The notes under the pieces are model-generated. The model was not told where the DNA came from, did not search any database, and saw nothing but the letters and a program-made list of their open reading frames with translations. A stretch of DNA of 64,000 nt from Amoebidium appalachense (taxonomy: Eukaryota > Protista > Ichthyosporea). Position 1 is the first letter of the stretch. Every line of letters begins with the position of its first letter. The position numbers and the translations under genes were made by a program. Of this stretch, positions 48,485 through 64,000 are shown in pieces. Location of the stretch: the NCBI GenBank assembly GCA_963693365.1, contig CAVNZM010000004.1, forward strand, positions 10,320,468 to 10,384,467. The letters run 5' to 3'.

Positions 48485-50570
48485 TGTGTTTCTCCCGTGT
48501 GTCTATGTATTGTGTATATCATAACACTCATCTGTGCACTCTCAGACTGCTTCTCCCCCCCCCCGGCACGTCGGCCGGTTCGCTATGAGGGCCCGCCCGG
48601 CCGGTTCGCCGCGGATACAAGCGGTTCAGGGCGGATCCGGGCCAAAGTTCGCCGAGAGCCGCAAAAGATCTGCAGCCAATTACACGAGCCATTCGACGCG
48701 ATCTGTGGAATGCGAATGCCCAGCTCACGGCAGAGACACTCCTGACAGGCACCCAATCGATAGGAGCGCGGCGAAAGCATGAAACAGGATATAGCAATAA
48801 ACGATAACACATAGATTTGAAGTATGTAAAAGGCTTTAAAGATTATTAAAACACCGTACGTACAGGTATGCACATGCACGCGAACAAGGACAATGTCGCC
48901 GCACGTGTGAGTCTAGGTCCTTGCTTGTTATATAGAACGCATGCCGACCAATCAAACCACGCTTGAGCGTTGCAAAATTCCTTTTTCATGATCGCGGTGC
49001 CACTCCTACCTGCCCATTCCTATTCAGTATTTAAGCTGTATTAAATAGTAATATAATGATTTTTATCATTTATTTATATATTATATTTATTATTTGTAGA
49101 TTATATGTACAATGTTGCACGTAACTACATGCTCCTTAGCGTCCTTTGCTTAGTCACCAATATGTGAGCCGAAAATTCCCATTTACCCGCATATTTCTTA
49201 GTTCTCGTCTATGATTGGTTCACGTAAACAATTTCTTATCGCTTTGTCACCATCTTGCCACCCGCCGCACTGATCAGTTTCAGATGACGAGTGGCTCAAA
49301 CGCTGTGCAGTACAGCGGCCAACACAGTTTGTTGCCGTTTTTCACTTTTTTACGGCTGAAAACCGGCAAAAGCGCGTCCTTCCTGTGTCGCAAAAAGACA
49401 AACAACCATAGGTCAAATTTTGCACATAAGCTTGTAAGCCAATGACCTTGGGGTTTACCAAGTTTGAACTCGATCTGACATTGGGTTGTCACGCTACAGT
49501 GTCACCAATTTTCGGGTCGCACCTCAAACCAAGAAAAGGTACCATCGCTTTTGTGAGCTTTGCCAAAAACCCCAATGTCAGAATTGATTGAAAATTTACA
49601 GAATAAGAGTTTACATATATATTTAGTACGTAGCAAAATTTGGTGGAAAACTGTTAGAGACTTCTCTCTCCACAATTTCTCAAATTATATGCAAAATGTT
49701 CGGGTCGGGGACTTTTGGCCCGATTTGCCGGCCCGGCCGGGCGGGCCATCATAGCGAACCGGCCGACGTGCCCCCCCCCCCTCCCCCCCCCCCCCCCCCC
49801 CCCCCCCCGTCTTCTTACGCCCGTTTCATTTTTATGCTTCTGACTTGTTTAGTTTAGAGAAGGGAGTCCCCCGTTAAACCACACAAAATAACAGGTTTAC
49901 GGCCCCTTTGCACTGCACGCTAACACACAATCTCGTTACAACCGCGAAATTCCTCCGTACATACTGCTTCAACATGGCATGACTGACAAACCGTCGTACA
50001 TCAACCTTCCGCAATGGAATCCGTCCGAGAAGAAGGAGGACAAGCGTCTCAACTACTTCGAATGGGAGCCCCTCATCCACCGCTTCATCCGAACCACCAT
50101 TGCTGAGAAATTCGTCGACGCCATCAAGGCACCACAGTGGATTGACGGCTCCGACGCCAACCAGTGGCGTGGCTACGGCACCAAGGACGCCTACAAGAAA
50201 GCTTCCGACGTCCTCGACCAAATTCTCAACCAGTCCGTTCATCCTACAGAGCTCTACGACTTCTGGCCACATGCAAGACGGTGTTCACGGCGGAGAAGTC
50301 TTCCATAACCTGCGCATGGCTTATGTGGCAGAGAAAGAGGCTCGCGTCACTCAAATTCAAGTCACCTACGAGGAGCTTGAACTACGCGACTTCCCCAACG
50401 TCACAGCGTACCTCACCCGCCTCCAACGTCTGGCTACGACCCTTGCCTGCCTAGACGAGCCCGTCCAACACAAGGATGTCGTGCGCAAGTTCTTCCTTCA
50501 CCTACGCAAGAGTACCGCCCTAGTCTGCACAAAAACACAGTTGCAACAGAAGATATTCACGTACACATAA
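48485..50570 (+). mobile_element. Copia-like LTR retrotransposon remnant (split LTR, PBS-like site, frameshifted gag)
   Basis: LTR-like end ATAACA (~49893) is followed by GGTTTACGGCCC, similar to the Copia GGTTATGGGCCC PBS. ORFs 49979-50308 and 50100-50570 contain NVTAYLTRLQRLATTLACLDEPVQHKDVVRKF (UBN2 gag-like). No pol is present. LTR start is approximate. Confidence 0.65.
48565..49772. mobile_element. 1.2-kb non-autonomous TIR element (MITE-like)
   Basis: 40-bp TIRs GGCACGTCGGCCGGTTCGCTATGA(G/T)GGCCCGCCCGGCCGG, 39/40 identical. C-runs on both sides and no convincing internal gene. Confidence 0.88.
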
Positions 50571-52896
50571 ACATGTACACGTTTCTCCCCGGCCTGAGTG
50601 GGTGGAAACGTGTACACACATATCAAAACACCACTCAGAGTGATAACAGATAAAGCACACGATTAGAACCAATCTATTACGATTACATCATGATGGCACA
50701 TTAGAGATCGATGAGACATTTTTCGTAAAGGAGAGTGACATTTTCATTAATCCTATAACCGAAGACACAACACAAACTGAAAAGATCTTACACATGTAGA
50801 AACTTCGTACTACAACATTAGTGTTAGGCAGCAACCCCCCACCACCACCACCACCTGTTGTTTTGTACGGGTATAAGGGAGCAGAGTGCACAGAGGTGTC
50901 ATGTAAAACACGACCAATACAATAAAGAGAGGGCAATTGGAGAAGTTGTTCACGACACATGAAAGATTTCAAACAACAACTGACCTTTTATTGTGCTCTC
51001 GGGTCTTTTTGTATTTGCAACTTATCATCTTTTCGCAACTAAAGGGGGCTGAACCAATCGGTTCTATCAGATGATAGAAAAACACACTGTACTCCGACAG
51101 AGCATACGGATTTCCAACTTCCGACCTAACTAAAGCTTAGAAACTCTTACTTAAATAACTGAAGTAATTATACTATAAGTGTCACTATTAATACACATAT
51201 ATTTATACTCGTCTCTATAAAGAAACTCATTTAAATACATATATTTTCTAATAGTCGACACTATCAAAGTGAAGACACATTACAATAAAGCGAATTCCAT
51301 ACATCTCTATTGTGTCCAATCATAACACGTATATTAATCATTGACAGGAATGCACAACACGATCTATTATAATAATATAGATGTACTCACTCGCGACTAT
51401 TGGTAACTTATGGTGAGTCATCTTATTGTGAACTAAAACTTTTAGTAAGCCATATTGAACTAAAACAAAGTCTGACAACGAATGTAGCTAGCCAATCACG
51501 CTACCTCTTAGATAAACAGAGGAGAGCAAACACAAATAAAATACAATAAGTTCTATCTGATTCAGGCAAGAGAGCCAGGACCTGGTGTGCACAGATTTAC
51601 AGATATCTGTGCACACAGAAACAAGGGAGAGAGAGAGATACGGGGACTCGGAGGGGGGGGGGGGGGGGGGGGGGAGAGAGAGAGAGAGAGAGAGAGAGAA
51701 AGAAAAGAGAAAAGGGAGAGAGGGGGGAGAGCACAAGAAGGAGAGCAGACACGAATACAAACAAAGCTAAGACACATACATACTTCAAGACTCTTGCTGT
51801 CCTACGTAGTGACGTATTCCAACACCACCATGGCCACACCCCATCATCCACCCATACCCACCGTAAATACTATAATACACAACACTTAGGAGTTGACTTC
51901 CAATACTGTGGATCGACCAATGAGAGCCCTCGAACAGTTAACGTTTATTGCCAGGTTTTGAATGGCAAGGGGAGGACTGGAGCCTCCTGCCGGCGTGGCT
52001 GGGGCAGTAGCCCTGGGCAAAGTGTGTACTTATAGTTAGGTCGTGAAGGATGGTTTAGCTTAGCTGAACTCATAGATAGCACCTTAACTAGTGTACTCAC
52101 TGTCGGTGCTGTGTGGTAGACGGTAGTTTCCCTAGAGGGCCTGAAAAGGCCCTCCGGGAACAAAACGTTGTGATAAAATAAAAAAATAAAAACACAGCCG
52201 CACGGCACATCAGTGACCGTGACACGCACACACGTGACACTACATGTGGCACACACGCACAAGGGATTTTACCGAAAAAATTGACATAAAGTTTTAAAAG
52301 TTTTTTCATGTTTTTTCGTGATCGCTTAAACAGATCAAACTGTTTTGCTGGTATCTCAGTGTACATGTGCAGGGGGTACTAACAACACTCTAACTGTGAA
52401 AACTTGGTGCATTTTGGTTGAAAGGTTCCCAAGTTATTACATTTTTAAAATTTTAAAAACGTGCATAACGTTATGCTCAAACCTGCAAAACGTTATACAA
52501 TTTTACTTAGTAAATGTAAATTTCAGTTGCCTCCAAAAATACGTGAAAGTGCCTTCGCCACACTGACTCACACATGCACACACACGCTGTGTCACACACA
52601 CACACCGCCCGAACACACACAGTGTCACTGTTGTGTGGCACAAAAGTGGCACCCCCCCCCACACACCTTATCATGGACAACGATGCACATGCACAACCCA
52701 CCCACATACCCGCCCACCCACCTGCCCACCCATGGTGCCGGAGCTGGGGGGGGGGGGGGGAGGGGGGGGGGGGGGGACTTTTTTTTTTTTTTGGGGGGGG
52801 GGGGGGGCTGCTCGGACAGAGGGAGAGGGGTAGAGGGGGAGGGAGGTAGAGAGAGAGAGCCTTTGGGGGAGGCCTAGGGGGTGGGGGGGAGCCTCA

Positions 52897-52932
<36 letters not shown>

Positions 52933-53017
52933 GGGGGGCGGGGGGGGAGGGCCCGGGGGGGAGAGAGAGCCTAGAGGGACAGATGGAGATAGAGATAGGT
53001 CTTCTGAGAGAGAGATC

Positions 53018-53059
<42 letters not shown>

Positions 53060-53086
53060 GGAGAGAGGGAGAGAGACTCTGAGATC

Positions 53087-53132
<46 letters not shown>

Positions 53133-53160
53133 GAGAGACTGAGAGAATTAAGAGAGAGGG

Positions 53161-53209
<49 letters not shown>

Positions 53210-53240
53210 AGAGGGAGAGAGAGAGGGGGGGGGGGGAGAG

Positions 53241-53324
<84 letters not shown>

Positions 53325-53443
53325 CAGTGTGTGTGTGTGTGACGGTGACAGTGCGTGTGTGTGTGTGTGTGTGTGAGTGAGTGAGTGAGAAACAGTGTGC
53401 GCGCACATAAGACAGAGCAACACAGCGAGGAGCCAGAGAGCCT

Positions 53444-53478
<35 letters not shown>

Positions 53479-55712
53479 GGGTCAGATGGGATCAGAGGAT
53501 AATGGCCCGGTCGGCGGCCCCCCGCCCCCGGAGACGTGCACAACGCCCAAACTTTGAGCTATCATATTCATTAGCGGATCGATATATATCGCCAGGTGCA
53601 GATCGATATCTGTGCAACTTACTGCGGGCCGGACCGGCCCGGGCTGCCGAAGTTGATCAACATGTGTCACTGACTGTGATATGCACATTTCAACCAGGCT
53701 ATGCGGCCTCCATGGTATCCACATGTCTACTACCCAACTACCCATTCCGAAAAAGCCCCTCCCCCCCATGGTATATAAAAAGGTATATACATCCTAAAAA
53801 TCACCCCATATATATTTACATATGTATAATTATACTCATGCTAGAGCTTGATCCTTGGCTTGATCTCACAGTGTATGAAGCGATAACTTACGACATGGCG
53901 CAAACTGGCACGATGATCATGTGACGTCACCAGCCACATAAGCTGCCAATCGAATTGTTTAAATTTAAGAAACAAACATGCACTTGAAGAAATTATTAAA
54001 AAAATTATTAAAATTTACAATAAGGAGTTATTTTCTATCTGGAAAAAAAAACCCAATAGGCTCTATAAGTACATATATGGTACAACTTTTGTGTCATTCG
54101 CTTGGAACCATCGTGGCACCGATGGAATTCCTAACTAATGCCACAGCCCGGGAATTTTAACTGCTGAACGTGAGGGGAAGACCAGAATTATTTGACGCAG
54201 AAAAATAAGGAACAAGAGTTCTTTTTCCTTACCCGTAAGATAAAACGTAATATTTTAAACCCTATTATTTTTGAACTGTATGTTTGGATTTTGGCCCGAA
54301 AACCTGAACACATATACATATGATATCAAGCCCAAAGTTCCAGTCTTCCAGAGCCCCACGTGAGGCAATGGGTCGATCAGGGGAGAATCTGAGGCCTTAT
54401 TGTCTAGGAAGAATGTGTGCTCAGATCTGGTAAACCTTTCCGGTGGTGCATGAGCCATATCCTAATAATAGCATTTTCTTACTAAACCTATACATATCTT
54501 ACAAACAGCAGAAAGTAACCTCAAGTTTAGTTTTTTATAATATATTTGAAAATCAGATCATTTAATCAGTGTTTTCAATGCTTTTCACCTGGAAAACATG
54601 GGTGGCATTGGTGGCCTAGTGGCCCACTGGCCGCAGCATAAAATATTATGGGGGGGTCTATTCCGGGTGACTCAGCCGAACGATCTTATGCGCACACTTT
54701 GGCGGACTTCCGCTATGTGTTTTATCAGTAAACCGAGATATTCTCCAAATTTAAATGCGTAAATTGCTACTTATTTAAAACAAACGACCCTGTAAATTTC
54801 ATTAAAATGGTGTAGCAAATTTGATGCATCACAATACTGTAGTCACAAGTTGACTCAGAGTCGAACCGTCGAAGTATTCACGAGGCAATCTCATTAGAAT
54901 TAGCCAATCAGCGAGAACGGAAAGGGTTCGGAACGTATTCAGCCAGTCAGTTCATAATACACCGAAGCTTCGAAGATAAGCTTTAGAAGCCATCTATATA
55001 GCCCTAAATTCATATATCTACTTTCAAAAAACTGATACAGATTCAAGGTAGGGTAAGTCTTTAAAACCGTAAGCAGCCATTGGATTTTGTCTAAGCGGCC
55101 GCCGGACTGGGATGCCAATGCCGTCTGGGTCCGGATATATATGCAGGCGTTGATCGAGCTATAATGGGGTCCTCTCATGCCTCTGATACTTGCTTTCCTT
55201 CCCAATTCTTCAACGTTCATGGCTGCTAGGAATAAACTAAAATTGAATGCTACATAGAGGGTTTACTCTCATGGCAGCGGCATTTTGGCATGCTAAGTTA
55301 CATACCCTTAACACTATCAGCTGCGCATGTCACCACGACATACCTGTGATTGGGTACAGATCACGGGTGCTAGTAACCGCAGTTCGCCGTTTATACTTCA
55401 CCTTGTTGTCGTCTGTCTGTGAGGGGGGCAAAAATCCTTACCAACGGGCTATTTCTGACGTGCACCCACCCGTTTTTTTGTAGAGACCGTGCGAACCATC
55501 TGTACAAGTATTAACTATTTTGGGTAGGGATAGTTTGCTACAAGTCATTAGTTTGTTAAGCTTCTATGTTGTGTAGTGATACCCTCATGCGTTTATATAC
55601 GGTTTTTTGGTACCAAATTTGGCTATGAACACTTCCCACTTGCACTCCTAGCCCCCACCTCTTCTTCGTCACTTCTTTTTTTATAGTTTTCACGAGTAGT
55701 ACACACAGGAAC

Positions 55713-63604
<7,892 letters not shown>

Positions 63605-63810
63605 GTGCGTGACTTCAATTTTTATGTGGCATTTTGATTGGGTGCTCTAAAAGTCACATTTGGGCTCCAGGGGGCTGGACTATAAGACGGTTGAAAACAA
63701 GAAACGGACTGTGGTGCACAATACAAGCAGAATATAAGTATAGAGTTGGTGGTGCTGGTGGTGGTATTGGTGAGGGTGGTGGCGGTGTCGGCACACCCGT
63801 GTGTGTGTGT

Positions 63811-63864
<54 letters not shown>

Positions 63865-64000
63865 GGGTGGCTTGGTTCGGAAGAGTGTGTGTGTGCCTGT
63901 TTTTTTGAGAGGAGCGGGGGGGAGGGGGAAGGGGGGGGGGGGGGGGGGAGAAAGAGAGAGATGGAGAGGGGGAAGGGGGGAGGAGGAGAGAAAGGGTTAG

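Noticed and set aside
50570-55700. Possible gene, 3' LTR or ncRNA upstream of the HDAC
   Set aside because: Only short ORFs and small hairpins; no match to the putative 5' LTR and no tRNA or rRNA signature seen.

Overview
Repeat-rich eukaryotic DNA with dense (CA)n/(CT)n microsatellites and poly-G/C runs. The gene set suggests a unicellular opisthokont, possibly an ichthyosporean such as Amoebidium (inference only). Four intron-containing host genes are readable: RanGAP1 (5' part, minus strand), CHMP2B, an SFC1-type mitochondrial carrier, and the 5' part of a class IIa-like HDAC with a Tudor-knot domain. The main feature is an 18.9-kb Polinton/adintovirus-like element (6559-25421) with ~470-bp TIRs, a CTGAC target-site duplication and a terminal 34-bp hairpin. 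It encodes a very large protein-primed PolB (vOTU-like and VSR-like domains), a truncated phage-type N6-adenine methyltransferase, a probable SSB and three orphan ORFs. No capsid, packaging ATPase, protease or integrase gene is recognisable, and its middle holds a 183-bp satellite and other repeats. It sits inside a short-TIR DNA transposon that itself splits a LINE RT gene. Also present are Naiad/Chlamys-type Penelope-like elements associated with poly-C runs, a Copia gag remnant and a TIR MITE. Most ORFs in the supplied track are microsatellite artefacts. All assignments come from reading motifs by eye; no searches were run.
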